From: Eledone cirrhosa
Lineage: Eukaryota
Assembly (NCBI GenBank): GCA_964016885.1
Contig: OZ024740.1
Span: forward strand, 195,176,001-195,240,000
Reading direction: 5' to 3'
DNA length: 64,000 nt
In this document: piece after piece, positions 1 to 13,904 of the stretch
Numbering within the stretch: the stretch's first letter is position 1
How the letters are laid out: the number at the start of each line of letters is the position of its first letter
The notes under the pieces: generated by a model
Seen by the model: only the letters and a program-made list of their open reading frames with translations
The model's database searches: none
What the model was told of the DNA's origin: nothing
Position numbers and translations under genes: made by a program

Positions 1-984
1 TAAACACTGCACTAAGGCGAGATATACGATAAATCTGCACATGATCTCAGGGGAAGACTCCACATATAGTCTTAAGTTGAATCAGATTGCTCACTCATTT
101 TTGTTCTACAGAGAAATATGTAAAAAAGACATATATTTACATATGTCAGTAGGTTTATCTACATATTCACACAGCATCGGTGGGATTTTGTATTATCTTT
201 GCATAGATATGTATTTAGGAAAATATTGTAAGAAAATAATGTGGCAATAGTGTAAAGATATATTTTTTTAATGACTGTAGCCTTATACCCTTTCTCTACA
301 ATTGTATATATATCATTGAATCACCATACTGATTTGATAAAATATTCTGCAATTTTTAATTTGTATAACTTTAGGTCTATCACCATCCCCATCAACATCA
401 TCAGTAAAGGTTTTATATCCACTTTTCCAAGCAACCATTGAGTGGACATGACTGACTTTTTCAGACAGTGTTTTATGGATGAATACCCTTCTTCATACCA
501 TCATTTTTAGTCATACAACATGCAGAGATACTGTGTACCTATAACAAAAGCTGGGATACATACAGTACATGATAGAATTAATATTCAAAAAGAAGGATAA
601 GTGGAAGAATTTAATATATTTTTACATAAAATCCTTTTCAAGAATGTTAATTTGTAACCATATTCACTTTGTATCTTTACATTTACAAAGTGTGATGCAA
701 TTCTGGAGTTTTGAAGATTTTCAATTATATCTTGAATCACATTAGTTATCCAAGTCTGCAGTCATCTATAGAATGAGTTTTAGTTGAATGAAGTAGTCTC
801 TAAATCATTATAATCCTCATCACTGTTTAACATCCATTTTTCCACACTAGCACAGATTAAACAAGTTGTCCTGAGACAAGTCAGATTAGATGACCATGTC
901 TTGCTCATATGCCTCCATAAAATAAAATTGAAGCAATTATTATTATCATTTTTAATTAGTAAACAATTGTAATATTTTTTTATG

Positions 985-1280
985 TGACCAAATAGTTAAA
1001 CAAGTTTGCTTCATAAAGGTCTGGGTTCAGTCTCAGTGCATGGCATCTTGAGCAAATGTCATTGTTGATACAAACATGTAAAGTAGTCGTGTAGGAGTCA
1101 TGACAAAAAGCACCCAGCACACACATTGTAAATGTGGTTGGCATTAGGAAGGGCATCCAGCCATAGAAACAGTTCTATGTGAGTAAGACATGGTCACCTG
1201 ACCCAACTTGCCTCAAATAGGACAACCCATCTAACCCCTGCTAGCATGGAAAATGGACGTTAAATGGTGATGATGATGAT
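985..1280 (+). mobile_element. Old tRNA-derived SINE with RTE-type 3' end and (GAT)n tail
   Basis: Degenerate B-box-like GGTTCAGTC head; TTAGGAAGGGCATCCAGC body shared with other repeats here; ends ...GCATGGAAAATGGACGTTAAATGGTGATGATGAT. Confidence 0.6.
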
Positions 1281-1751
1281 ACATCAGGCTTCTTAATATT
1301 CTTCTTAGTATTTTTGATAACTTAAGTTATAAAAATCATAAATTCTAAAAGGACTTTATAATGACTAAGAATATTTATACTACCATGTTAATAAATATAT
1401 TTACATCTATGAAGAGTATGGATGCAGTGTGGCCAAACAATTAAAAAGTTTGCTTCATAAGGGTCCAAGTTGAGACTCAGTGCATGGCATGTTGAGCAAA
1501 TGTCTTTTGTTGATCCAAACATGTAAATGAAATTGTGTAGACAGATACTGTGTGGCAGCCTGTTTGATAAACCAGATCTAAAATTCAAAAGGTCAACCTT
1601 GTTACACATTGTGTCATGCTGAATCTAACTGAAAATTAAGGACAGGCATATCAGTCACTTATATGTTCCATTGAGCAATTAACTGAAAAAATCGTCAAAA
1701 CTGACAGAAGTCCATTTTATGTAGGCTTCTTAGTATTTTTAGATCAGATAT

Positions 1752-1960
1752 CTTTTCTTCTTCTTCACCAATATTCCTGGGAGGGTCATGGAGGAAGAGT
1801 CTTTAACCACTCCTTCCAGTAGGTCCTGTCAGAAGCAAACAGCCCCCAATTGATCTGGCTGGATCCCCAAGCGAGACCAGCTAAGCTCATGAATGTTATC
1901 CAACCATCTTCCTCAGGGTCTACTCCTGGGTCTCCTGCTGGTTGGTTTGGCCCATAATGA
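1752..1960 (-). mobile_element. RTE (Expander/Rex3-like) 3' fragment, degenerate
   Basis: Translates to ...RWLDNIHELSWSRLGIQPDQL..ASDRTYWKEWLKTLPP, then a (GAA)n tail; homologous to 41345-41545. Confidence 0.55.
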
Positions 1961-2885
1961 GTGGATGTAACAAGCAATATAGTTTTTGAAGATATTCTCT
2001 CACAAGACTTTATCTTCATTATTATGTGTACTTTCTCTCATAAGACTTTACCTTCAGTACTACTTATGTATATTTTACAAACCATCTTGTGTACTTTACA
2101 AACCATATTACTCCTGGGTCTCCTGATATCTTTATGTTCAAAATAATGGAAATAAAATCATGAAAAGTAAATTATAAACTGAAATTTCAAAAGGGAAACA
2201 AACAAAATTCTCTATATAGATGGATTTAAATAAGTTAATTATACTATGATATTATCACACTTCAGTGAAATTAATTTTACTTTTATATTTTTTGTCCTCT
2301 CCGTTCTCCCAACAAATCCCCTTCCATTTTTTTTTTCTTTTTCCTGTTTTTCTTTTCTTTTTTGCCATTCACTCTTCATACTTCAAGTAAGAAGAACTTT
2401 TGGTAAAAATAAATGTATTTTTCAAGGTGAAGAGATTATTTTAAATAATTGAATTGTGAGTGAGTAACCATGTCTGAAAACAGCTTAGCAACAGCAATCT
2501 TATTTACTTATTTATTTATCTATTTATTTTGTATGTTATATGTTTTTGTTGTTGTTGTTTTCTCCTCTCATTTTTCTCATTTTCTTTTGAATGTATTGGT
2601 TGACTAAGCTTGCATCTTCTACTACTTCTTATGTTCTACATCAGCAATTTTAAGCTGTAACAGTTTCCACAAGCCAATAATAAATAAGCATTATGTCCAA
2701 CTTGAAGAATATCTCCCACTGTTATCTTGCATTATATCCTGAAATACTTGATTCACATGCTGAGATGCCACATTATCTCACGGGAGAGAGAGAAAGAAAG
2801 AGAGAGAGAGGGAGAGAGAGCTGTTTAGATCATAGGAATGAGTTGTTACGAGTTGTTACATTTAAAGTGATAAGAAGTAGAAGAA

Positions 2886-2940
<55 letters not shown>

Positions 2941-5900
2941 TCTAAGATAACAATCTGCTTCTTTCTACAACACCTTACAGATAGCTGGTGGGTAATATAT
3001 ATTAGACTTGTATTGCCTCTAAGTATTTACAATGACAAACATTTTCTCCTTAACGCTGGTCTCTTTCTTCAGAACACTTATAAATACAGGCTTTTTATTT
3101 CCATTCCAACAACGGATTCTTTTAAAACAAATTCTTTTCAATCTGTAGTATTGTTGTAGCAAATGCTTTCTAAAGGGCGTCCCATATGAAAAGCAGCATC
3201 TAAACAGGTTATATATTTGAAAACCAGATTGAATTACAGGACACATGATAGTTAAGCTCACTTCTTCCTGTTCTGTAGTTTGTAAAGAAAAGGTGTTAGT
3301 TCTGATGGTGAATCACTCACTTCAAGAAGAAATACAAAATGTTTTCGCATCTTGTATATATTTCTATAAACTAAATATCCACAATGAAGTAGACTTTTAG
3401 ACACATATAAGAGTTGTTGAAAGGATATTGTATCATCTGATGTCAACAACTACCATGAAGGTGGTGCTTTGCTTTTAATATATCATCATCATCACTGTTT
3501 AACATGTATTTTCCATACATACATGAGTTAGATGGGCTGTCACATTATGCAGCTAGACAGATCAGGCAACCACATCATGCTCATACCATTTGTTTTGGGC
3601 TTGGTTTTCTATGGTTGGATGCCCTTCCTAATGCTAACCACCATACATGTTGGACAGGGTGCCTTTTGTTGTATTACTGCCATGACTACCTTAGAGGGTG
3701 GACTGGGCACTTTTTGTCATGGCACCAGTACGACCACTTTGCAGTGTGGTCTGAGTGCGTTTGACATGTCACCAGTATGGATATTTTAAAAGGACTATAT
3801 ATATATATATATATATATATTTACTAGCAGAGTAGTCCACTGTTGTCAGGCAATGATCCCCAGAGAATGCTTTTCTTTCAATTTTCTTTTTTATTACATA
3901 TTAAACCATGTCTCCCCCCTGCCTCATCTCCCATTACTTATTCCCTGTGGCCTGTCCCCGTGAATCGTCAATCATCCCCAAGGTGGTTTCTATTTAAGTG
4001 GATTGGAGCAACACGAAATAAAGCGGCTGTGAATCAAACTCACAAACTTACAATTGTGAGTTAAATACCATAACCACTAAGCCGCGTTGCAATAAAAGTA
4101 AATTAATATGAAATTGAAAAACAGACAGAAAAAAAGAGTGTTTCGATGGACGATGAAAGAATCATTCACTATTTTTCACTTTTTCACTCTGTGCATTAAT
4201 GGATATTTTCATTGTTAGAAATGACACAAGCTTGTTTGTATGTTTGTTTTTCTTTTATTTATTTCAAAATTAAGAAATTACATGTGCCCAAAAACCTTCT
4301 CCTTGGGATGCAGATTACAAAAATCAAATTTGTTTTTCTTAAGGATTCATGGTGTTGGATCCTTCCAATGACACACACATACATACTCCACCTATACTTC
4401 AGCTCTTCCTCCCTGCCTCTGTCGCCTTAGAATTCCTATGCTCTTGGGCTCACCATCCCTCTCCTCTGCCACCTTAGCATTCCCAACCTCCTTGTTTTGA
4501 ATCCTACTCAACTATGCCAGCATAGAAATATATATATGCACCTCACAGTGTGCCACCTAGCATTGCACTGAAAGCCACCTTTTGGCTGTTTGCACTTTGA
4601 ATTCAAATCTCACATAGATTAACTTTGCCTCTCATCCTTTTGGTTTTGGGGTTAATAAAATGAAATACCCATGCAGAGTGGTGGATTAGCAGAATTAGTA
4701 GTGCATCAGGCAACATATTTGTTTTGGTTCTTTGTATTTTGAGTTCAATCTATTGTAAACATTCAGGTCAGGTATCTTGTAAGAAAATAATTTTCTCCTT
4801 TTTTCTCATCAGTTTCAGAGGTCCTAAAAATCTGCCCTTCTTTCCTTTACTACAACAAGGTTTCTAAAGAAATTTTCCACTACTTAACTGCTAAAATAGG
4901 GGTTAACCTTGTGGGGCCACAAGACTTCTTATGTGGTCCTTTTTAAGGCAATGTTTTACAGCCAGGTGCCCTTCCTAGTGCCAACCATTTTAGTTATCTC
5001 ATATGACATGCAATGTTACAGTATGTCTATTCTAAACTGAATACAATATATCACAATCATTCAAACCAGGATAACTTCCTTTCTTCCTCCCACTAGTCTT
5101 AGAAGCCCTTAAAAAAATAAAGTCATAGATGTTCTGCCCCACCCTCCCCGATTAAATGGCAAAAGAAAAAAATAACAAAGCAAAAAACACAGCTTAAGAG
5201 CGTCCAAATCCATTACAAGAAAAACAGAAGACAAAACTACTTCCACAGAGCTGACCAAAGGTGAGAAACAGAAAAAGCAAAAATGACAAAACATGAAATA
5301 AACTATATGGAATATATATAAACTACAATTATATCAAATCATGAATAACAATACAATTCTTTGATGCTAAAAATCCACTCAACAAACACGTGTCATAACC
5401 AAAGCCATGTCCCATCATTCCATTTTTTTACCATATAAAAGATATTACCAAATACATGTTGCCATAGAGACTGATACAAGCAAAAATAAAAAAATTAAAA
5501 AAAAGTAAAAGTTAATATTGAGAGAATTAATAACTGGTTCATCCATTTTCTTTTTCACCTTTTTCTCTGCCAATTCCTCAACCTTCCTTTTCTTCTTCAT
5601 TTTTCACAGATCAACTTTTTCTTTTTGTGTGTGTGTGTGTGTTTCTTTTTTTGTTTCTTCCTCAACTTACTTTTCTTCTCATCTTTCCTGTCTTCTTTTT
5701 CTGCTTCCTCTCTTCTTTCTTCTTTTTTCTTCTTCCTCTCTATCTTCATCTCCTCTTCTTTTTCTTTTTTCTCTCCACCTTTGTCTCTTCTTGTTATTAT
5801 TATCATTATTGTTATTATTATTATTATTATTATTTATTATTACTTTTTTCAACTCTTCCTCATGTTTACAACAGGAAAAATGAGTACAAAAAACAAAACA

Positions 5901-6218
5901 AAAAAGAAAATCAAAACAGTTGTGAAACATTGTTTTTTTTGTTTGTATTTGCGGTTTCTTGTAAGGTTATTAGGGTAAAACCATGAGATTACAGAGGCTG
6001 ATGCTACAACTTTCTCTCCCACACAATAAACACTAATACTTTGTCCCTTAATAAATATTGCAGTTTTTTATTATTGTTATCATTGTTGTTGATGTTGTTA
6101 TTAATGTTCTTGTTGTTGTTATTATTATTATTTTCTATAACATCATTTTTTGGGTCCACACGCAAAGTATTAGAACAGTACACACGTACATACAGACATA
6201 CATACACACATACACACA

Positions 6219-6287
<69 letters not shown>

Positions 6288-6646
6288 TGATTTTTCACTC
6301 ATGAAGCAACTTTCTGGATTGTTTCCAGTTAATAGAGTTCTTCTTACTGCAACAACTTCACTGCCATCACTATGAACTGTATATAATGCCTTTCGGCAAT
6401 AAGGTGTCCTTAAAATGGTTTTTACCTGATGCAGTCAAAATATGCAAGAATTAATTGAAATATCATATTACTGACTGAGTTATGCTATGGCATTGAATGT
6501 ATCAATATTTTCTTCATAGCTAAAATAGCAAGGTGGAGTAAGATTTTATTTTTAACTAAAGGTTTTTCTCCAGTATGTATATGTGTGTGTATCAGCATGA
6601 CTACTGTCTAGTGTATACATATGTATGTGTGTGTATATATATATTT

Positions 6647-6740
6647 ATGAAATTTAATATAGAAATGGCTTCTACAGAACTAGAACTGTATCATTCAAAA
6701 GTTCTAGTCCTGTAGAAGCCATTTTTAGATTAAATTTTAT
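6647..6740. repeat. Hairpin inverted repeat, 41-bp arms, 12-nt loop
   Basis: 6647-6687 vs reverse complement of 6700-6740, 4 mismatches. Confidence 0.9.
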
Positions 6741-7004
6741 GTTTACACTCTACAAATGTATTGAGTACCTTACTTACTGTGGTTACCCCTGATTGAACCA
6801 GGGACACATATGTGTGTGTGTGTGTGCGCACGTACATATATATATATGTGTGTGTATCATCAACAACATAATTTTTTGTCTGTTTTACCATGCTTGCATG
6901 GGTTGGATGGGTCTTTCCCAGTACACCATCCTTTCACTTGTTGCATTCCTTCATTTCAAACACTGAAACCCACACTATGTACAAATTGGTATCTTCTAAA
7001 ATAT

Positions 7005-7250
7005 GGTATGTGGATTAATGGTTAAAGAATTGGATATGAGGTTACAAGTTCGATTCCCAGACCAGACAATACGTTATGTTCTTGAGCAAGGCACTTTATT
7101 TCCCGTTGCTCTTTCTGCCAGGAGTTGCAACCAGTAGGTGGTAACATTAATGGAAAGACCAAAGGAAACATTGTTTCCTTTGGTCCGATTTAATGAGTTT
7201 CGCACGACTCGGTAAACAAATGAGGTCTGGGATCTGGTTAATCGATATAT
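7005..7250 (+). mobile_element. tRNA-derived CORE-type SINE (GAGGTCTGGGATC-tail subfamily)
   Basis: B-box GTTCGATTC; CORE-like TTCTTGAGCAAGGCACTTTATTTC; same body at 44103-44350 (+) and ~61520-61695 (-). Confidence 0.7.
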
Positions 7251-7294
7251 AAGTTGTCAGTTTATCTGCCTGGCCTTAGTACTGAGTGAGTTAA

Positions 7295-7340
7295 TATCTC
7301 TGAAGATGAATAAAGATCCTGAAATACCAGTATCTGGCAT
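7295..7340 (+). ncRNA. Degenerate minimal hammerhead ribozyme
   Basis: CTGAAGA-weak stem II-GAAA-TACCAGTA (near-palindromic stem III)-TC; stem I decayed. Confidence 0.4.
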
Positions 7341-8069
7341 TTTCACATAATTAAGGAGGTAGCTGTGACATGATCACAGGTTAAAATCCCCATAGAGTCT
7401 TAAGTATACTTATAATACATAAACATGCTTTATATACTTTCATATATGGCTATATTGTTGAGGTAGCCATCACAAATGGACTGGGATGTTGATCTTTTGC
7501 TGTTATTTAACTCTGCTTCATCCATGAGTGAGTAGATCTATGATAAAAAGAATTCAAGCTGTGATCATCCCATATTTTTATTAATCATTGTATTCAGGAT
7601 TACACTGTCTAAGACAGGATACATCCGACAATCTAACCCTAAATACGTTGGCTAAAGTGCCTGAAAGATAGTACATGACTAGAATCTTGGAATAGGACAG
7701 AGTAAATCATCAGCTTTGAACATATATATAGATATATATCATCATCGTTTTTACATCCATTTTTCTATGCCACTTTTCACAAGACTATTGTTGGTATAAA
7801 AAGCACAATACCTTCTTCTAGTCATCACATACAATTCTGCATACCTGTTATGGTCTAATTGGTATAAGTTACTGTTTGTCTTCCCTTTTACTTGGCTTGT
7901 TTGTTAGCAGTTCTGTTGGTAGGGGTTAAAACTGCCAAAATCCATCTCAATGGCTGAAGAACTTGGAGTTCTGTGTCTTTCATTTGTATTTTCATTTTCA
8001 GAAAAAAAATTTGTTTCATTCTACCTTGTTTTTTGTTTGTTGTCTTCTCATTGTTAATTATCTTAATTT

Positions 8070-8162
<93 letters not shown>

Positions 8163-8211
8163 CAAATAGTGAAAACAATGAAATTAAACAAAATACGGGT
8201 AATTCATAGTA

Positions 8212-8347
8212 AAACTCATTATTTTACGATCATTTCTGGGGGGTAGTTCTCCGTATGTTCATTCTATTAGTGATCTATGTAAAATATATTACAAATTATC
8301 AAAGTAAGAAAATATACATACCCATCATCGTCAGAAATAATGAGTTT
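8212..8347 (-). ncRNA. Type I hammerhead ribozyme with long stem-loop II (Penelope-like pLTR)
   Basis: Minus strand: 13-bp stem I AAACTCATTATTT/AAATAATGAGTTT, CTGACGA, stem II TGATGGGTA...TACCCCCCA, GAAA, near-palindromic stem III TGATCG, U16.1-A17. Confidence 0.75.
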
Positions 8348-9406
8348 CATTTATTGAAGAATATAAAAACATGTATGAATAAGTAACCTTTTAAGAACAA
8401 GGTTGAGATTGACCAATAATAAAAATAGGAAAGGGCAATATAGATCATTAAGCTGGTAGTAGTAGATGAATAAATTAGCAGTCAGGGGATGAGGTATCGA
8501 ATGACCTTTAAGAAAAGAAAGTTTCAAGTGTAAAGGAATTTTGACAGATTGTATAGAAAAGTGTGGACGGTCAAGGAAGATTAAAGTTGGAGTGAAAGGG
8601 GTGCAGATATCAGTGTGTTATATCCAGTAGAATAGTATAGAACAATCCTAAATATTTGTTATTTCTTTGTTAAAGACGAATAATTTGTTCTAAAAATAGA
8701 ACAAGTAGAGGAATATAGATGGAACCAAAGAAAAGTAAAAACTAGATAAAAAAATATATATAGGTAAGAAAATAATAAAAGTTGTGTAAGTATTGAATTG
8801 TGTTAGAGTGGTCAGAATAAAGTTTTACCTGTAGGGAATTTTATTTTCGAATAAGAAATCTCATTAATAATCTGGTTTTCTTAATAGGTTTAAATGTATG
8901 TCTGTTAACGTGTTGTTAGAGTGTTGAATATAATGTAATATATAGGCTCATTAATAGTTAATAATTTAAAACAGTCATTGGGATGAGATATAGGATTGAA
9001 TCTATGGAGTAATTCTAATAGCAAAAAAAATATATACACACCCATATATATATATAATATAATTGAATATACAAGAGAGATGAACACTAATATAAACATA
9101 CATGTGTCCGAATTGTAAGGACCAGGTTTGCTAGGATGAAAAAATACTAACTACAGCAATATGGTTTGCCAGACTTAATTTAAAGTAGTAAATTAAGAAA
9201 AGTAATAACAAACCTATATTGGGCAACTGCCTGAAAACACCTAGACAGTTGCAGAAACCGTTTCGCAAAATCATATTAAGCGAAGTCATCACCATTTCTT
9301 TGCTCAACAGTAGGTGTCAAGAAATTAGCGATCCTTCCACTTCTAAATATATTAGAAGACTGAATTTTGTGCGATATGAAATAATGCATCCTATTAAGTT
9401 TCTCAC

Positions 9407-10273
9407 TCATCATCATCATCATCATCATCATCAAGGTTTAGCGTCCGTGTTCCACGCTTGCATGGGTTTGGATGGGGGTTTTCCCACTTGAGGCAAGAGT
9501 GGTTGTCTTGCTCGCATAGGACTGTCTGGCGGGTTTTCTACAGCTGGATGCCCTTCCTAACACCAACCACATTTACAGTGTGGGGCTGGGAGGTTTTTAC
9601 CGTGTTGCCTACACGGCCACATTACAGCGTGGACTGTCTGGCGGGTTTTCTACAGCTGTATGCCCTTCCTAACACCAACCACATTTACAGTGTGGGCCTA
9701 CACGGCCATATTTACAGCGTGGACTGTGTGTTTTTTTGTCATGACACCTACACGATCTCATTTGTTTCGGCCTGGATGTTGTGGCACCAACATAACTTTA
9801 CATTGAAAGGGGCAGTGTGGATGGGGTGGGGGTGGTGGGACGGGGGTGTGTTTTGATAGAGATGCCTACTGACTGTAGTAGGTTTTACTTTGTATTTAGG
9901 TAAGGCGGGTCTTCTCTATTACTGAGTACCGCCAAAGGTCTCGGTCCAGTGACATTGTCTTGGAGAGGTGTAAGCGTGTGAGGTCGGAATTTATCATGTA
10001 GTCCCAGGTTTTTCTGGGTCTGCCTACTCCGTGGCTACCGTCTATCTTTATTGCCCTGCACTTTGTTATACAGCTGTCGTCTTTCATGCGCATCACGTGA
10101 CCGTACCAACGTAGCCTTCTCTCGAGTAAACAACAACTGATCCCTCTTATTTCTAATTTTTTCCTTAGTTCGTTTATGCTTAGCCGTTCACGTATATTAC
10201 TATTGCACATCCAGCGGAGCATGCAAGCTTCGTTCCTCTCTAGTCTGCATATATCCTCTGCACACAATGCTCA

Positions 10274-10274
<1 letters not shown>
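9407..10274 (-). mobile_element. RTE-A LINE 3' fragment (ORF C-terminus, 3' UTR, (GAT)n tail)
   Basis: ORF 9896-10267 nearly identical to the C-terminus of 23607-24935 (RRLRWYGHVMRM, GRPRKTW); 5' end abuts (TA)n. Confidence 0.95.
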
Positions 10275-10351
<77 letters not shown>

Positions 10352-10389
10352 TTTTATATCTATTTCTTTATTTGTTTAGTTGTATTTAT

Positions 10390-11327
10390 AATACTTGAAT
10401 GTCTTTCTAATTCTATGGTTTCATGCAATAATTAATTCTTGTCTTTTATTTAATAGAATGCCTTTCGATTTAGTAATTTCAAAAATTTCTTGGGAACATA
10501 TCCACACTTCTTTCTATTGCCCTGATAAAAAATGGCTCTTTTGAGAATCTTCCAAGTTAGGTTATAATTAATTTTCTTCTTTTTACAATTATTAACTGCT
10601 TCAGCTAAAGAAGTAGTATTAGCTAATCTTGTGTTTCGAAAACTGTGGGTGTGTGCATAAAATCTCGATTTAAACGGATTAGATGTGGATCCAATATAGG
10701 ATTGATTAGAGTCCTTAGTGGTAATTATACATTTATACATTATATTATTAATTAAGCAATTTCCATTTAAGGGGTAATTACTTTTTACTCTACAATTACA
10801 ACCATTTGTGCATAGGGTTTCAGATGTGCTAGCTATATTCCCAATAACAGTGCTAGTATTTGTATTTACATTTTTATATGAGAGAGAAAGGTTTGCGGTT
10901 GGGTGGTCATGGCTCGAAGGGTTGTTAGTTGGTGAAATTATAGGGGATATAGCGTTTATAGAATCATGGTTGTTTTGGAAGTTATTTGTCAGATTGGGTA
11001 TGTAATTCTTAGTTCCTATTAAGGATGAGGAAGATGGTAGTTGATTGTAGGCTGATGTATTGCATTGGTGAGGTGAGTGAGTGGATGTAACTGGTGGATA
11101 GGTAATAATATTCTGGTTATGCATTGTAGTATTATTATAGTTAGTTTGTGTGTGGTGTGCTAGAGGTATACATGGAGCTTTTTTACGTTTGAAGATGTTA
11201 TATGCACTTATTTTTTGTTGTATATTGCTCGATGTGGAGTAATAAAATTTTACTGTATATCTGTTTAAGATTTGATGGTATTTGTGGTTAGGTGGGAAAA
11301 GTTTATCGAGAATTGCAAAAGGTTTTT
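10390..11327 (-). mobile_element. Penelope-like element fragment encoding a GIY-YIG endonuclease (decayed)
   Basis: ORF 10450-11124: CNCRVKSNYPLNGNCLINNIMYKC...SYIGSTSNPFKSRFYAHTHSF...LTWKILK; upstream NRYTVKFYYS linker; downstream NKRQELI motif. Confidence 0.85.
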
Positions 11328-12450
11328 TATATATATATATATAATTTGGTTAACATTTGACCACACAAGGTGTTTTCTCACTTTCATTTTTTTGCTTTTG
11401 TTTTATCTTCATTTGTCTTTTTTGTTCTCTCATGAAAAAATAAATTCTTTTTTTTTCTGTGCATTTATTTCAAATGAAGAACTAACATTAAAACATTTGT
11501 ATTCTTTCTTTTTAAGCGTTATGTTAATATATTGTTATTGTAATGTCATTCTCTAGTGTTTCACAAGCAGAGAGAAAAGGATGATCATGATGATGATACA
11601 CACACACACACATATATATATATATAAATTATGAATACAAAGCCATGTCTGCCAAAATTATGTTCATGCAGGCTTTAATCAATAATTCCTCAGGCTAGCT
11701 AACTTTCTGACATTTGTATTTTCATTGACACTCTGTCACATGATTGGTGTTAGGAAGGACATCCAACTGCTGAAACCAAGCCAAAATACAGATCCGTGTG
11801 AGCAAGACATGATCACCTGACCTGAATTGTCTCATACTATGACAAGCTGTCTAACCCATGCAAGCATGGAAAATAGACATTAAATGATGATGATGATGAT
11901 GACATAAATATGAAAAAGAAAATATGAAGCTATGAAATTATTAAACAACAAAAATATGTATTCAATATGAATTAATTCAGTAAATTAAGTAACTGTATTT
12001 TATTTCTATACTAACATGAGAGTTAATAGGAGATTAAGAAAATTTGAGCAATTTGCTCCTCCTGCTCCCTATGGAGAATTGGGCAACAAAAGATCTCCAC
12101 CACCCAGTATAGTTGGTTACAAGCCTACCCCTAGGCCCAGCCCATGTCAGTTAGGTCTTCCTCCATAAACAGACATAAACCAATCTTGACAAATTAAACT
12201 GCCCCTTATGCCTCCCCACTATGGCTTCCATTCAAGAGAGATGCTCTCACTGATCTCTTCATAGACAAGCCTAGCACATGGCTGATCTTTATCAGTTGTC
12301 TGACAGTAATCTTGTAGATTACTCAGCCCAGCCAGGGCCGGATATATCAAGGAGCAGTGACGATGAAATCCCTGGGATCTCCATCTCTGAACAGGGCCTC
12401 TTCTTCTCTCTCTCTCTCTCTTTCCCTGCTTATGTATATATGTATGTGTG

Positions 12451-12785
12451 TCATCATCATCATTTTACGTCCGCTTTTCCCTGCTTGCAAGGGTGGGACA
12501 GGAACTGATTGTGGCTTGATTTCTACAGCTGGATGCCCTTCCTAACACCAACCTCATTTACAGTGAGTGCTGGGTGCTTTTTTGACGTGACACCTCCACG
12601 ACCACTTTGCAGTGGAATGATATGGACCCCAGTCCCTATCATCTCATTTCTACAGCTGAGTAAACTGGAGCAATGTGAAATAAAGTGTCTTGCTCAAGGA
12701 AACAACACATCACCCGGTCTGAGGATTGAACTCACAACCTTTCAATTGCAAGGCAAATGCTCTAACCACTAAGCCATGTGCCTCC

Positions 12786-12786
<1 letters not shown>
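12451..12786 (-). mobile_element. SINE family S1 (tRNA head, CORE, RTE-derived tail)
   Basis: A-box TGGCTTAGTGG, B-box GTTCAATCC, CORE TCCTTGAGCAAGACACTT, tail GGAAAAGCGGACGTAAAATGATGATG; 6 copies in window. Confidence 0.9.
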
Positions 12787-12850
<64 letters not shown>

Positions 12851-13594
12851 TGCATATATGTGAGTGTGCGAGTGTTTGAGTGTGTGTGCTGTTATGGGGG
12901 GGGGGGGGCACCAAAACCTGAACTACCCTGGTCCCCTAAGATCTAAATCTGATCCTGAGCCCAGCCCTTTCCATGACCTTTACCTTTGTCGTTTTGTCAT
13001 ATTCTCCCAGTAAGATTCAAGTCATAATGCCATTTGTAAGAATGTAAAATCACTGACTAGTGCATAAATCTAAACCACACACGAATTTATGGCTATTTTA
13101 ATTTTAAGTTCCTTGTGGGAGGTGGAAAGGGAAGTTAATCTTCAATTTTAGATTCTCTAGATAGATTTTTCTTACAGCTATGTTATTTTAAATTCCCCTT
13201 GAATTTCTTTTATTTATATTTTCAGTAGGGTGGGTTTGGGCCATTAATATATATTTTCTCTCCATATGTCTTGGAAAATGTTCAAGTTGTGGAGAAAAAA
13301 GAAAATTTCAAATCCAACGATTTTCTTTTTTACATAATTGATTCTATTTTAAGTATTATATTTATTTCCTTGTTAAAACAAATTATCTCCCTTGTGGACC
13401 TTACAAAAGTAATGTCCTTAACGACCACCTCTCCCCTCCTCTGACACACACACACATACATACATACACATCAAAATACACTGACACACAAGGCAAGCAT
13501 TTTATTGTTAGCAGAGACTACATGAGCCTTTTAGAGAAAGCATTAAACTGTCAACTTCAGTGAGTTAGCAACCCTTCAGTAAATATTAATCAGT

Positions 13595-13639
<45 letters not shown>

Positions 13640-13904
13640 CACATATACATTTAAAATATTTTTGTTCTTTTCAGTAACATTAGAGGTTGATTTAAACAGA
13701 AGTCACACAAAGTTCAGATAAGTCACACAGTGATGACATATACCCTAAATTCTCAACTGACAATGAATTTTATTCAATTTTTTTTGTTTCCTAATGTTAT
13801 ATTTTGTAAGAATTTCTACCATAAATCAAAGTGACATATATTGACACTAGATTTTTCAAAAGGTAGTTGTTGTTACTTCAACTACAACAACAACTACTAC
13901 TACT

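Noticed and set aside
3019-3449. Minus-strand ORFs faintly resembling a Tc1/mariner transposase C-terminus
   Set aside because: Motifs too decayed (no clear SPDLNP); cannot be supported without an HMM search
12720-12786. tRNA genes at SINE heads
   Set aside because: A/B boxes only; no cloverleaf, and continuous with SINE bodies
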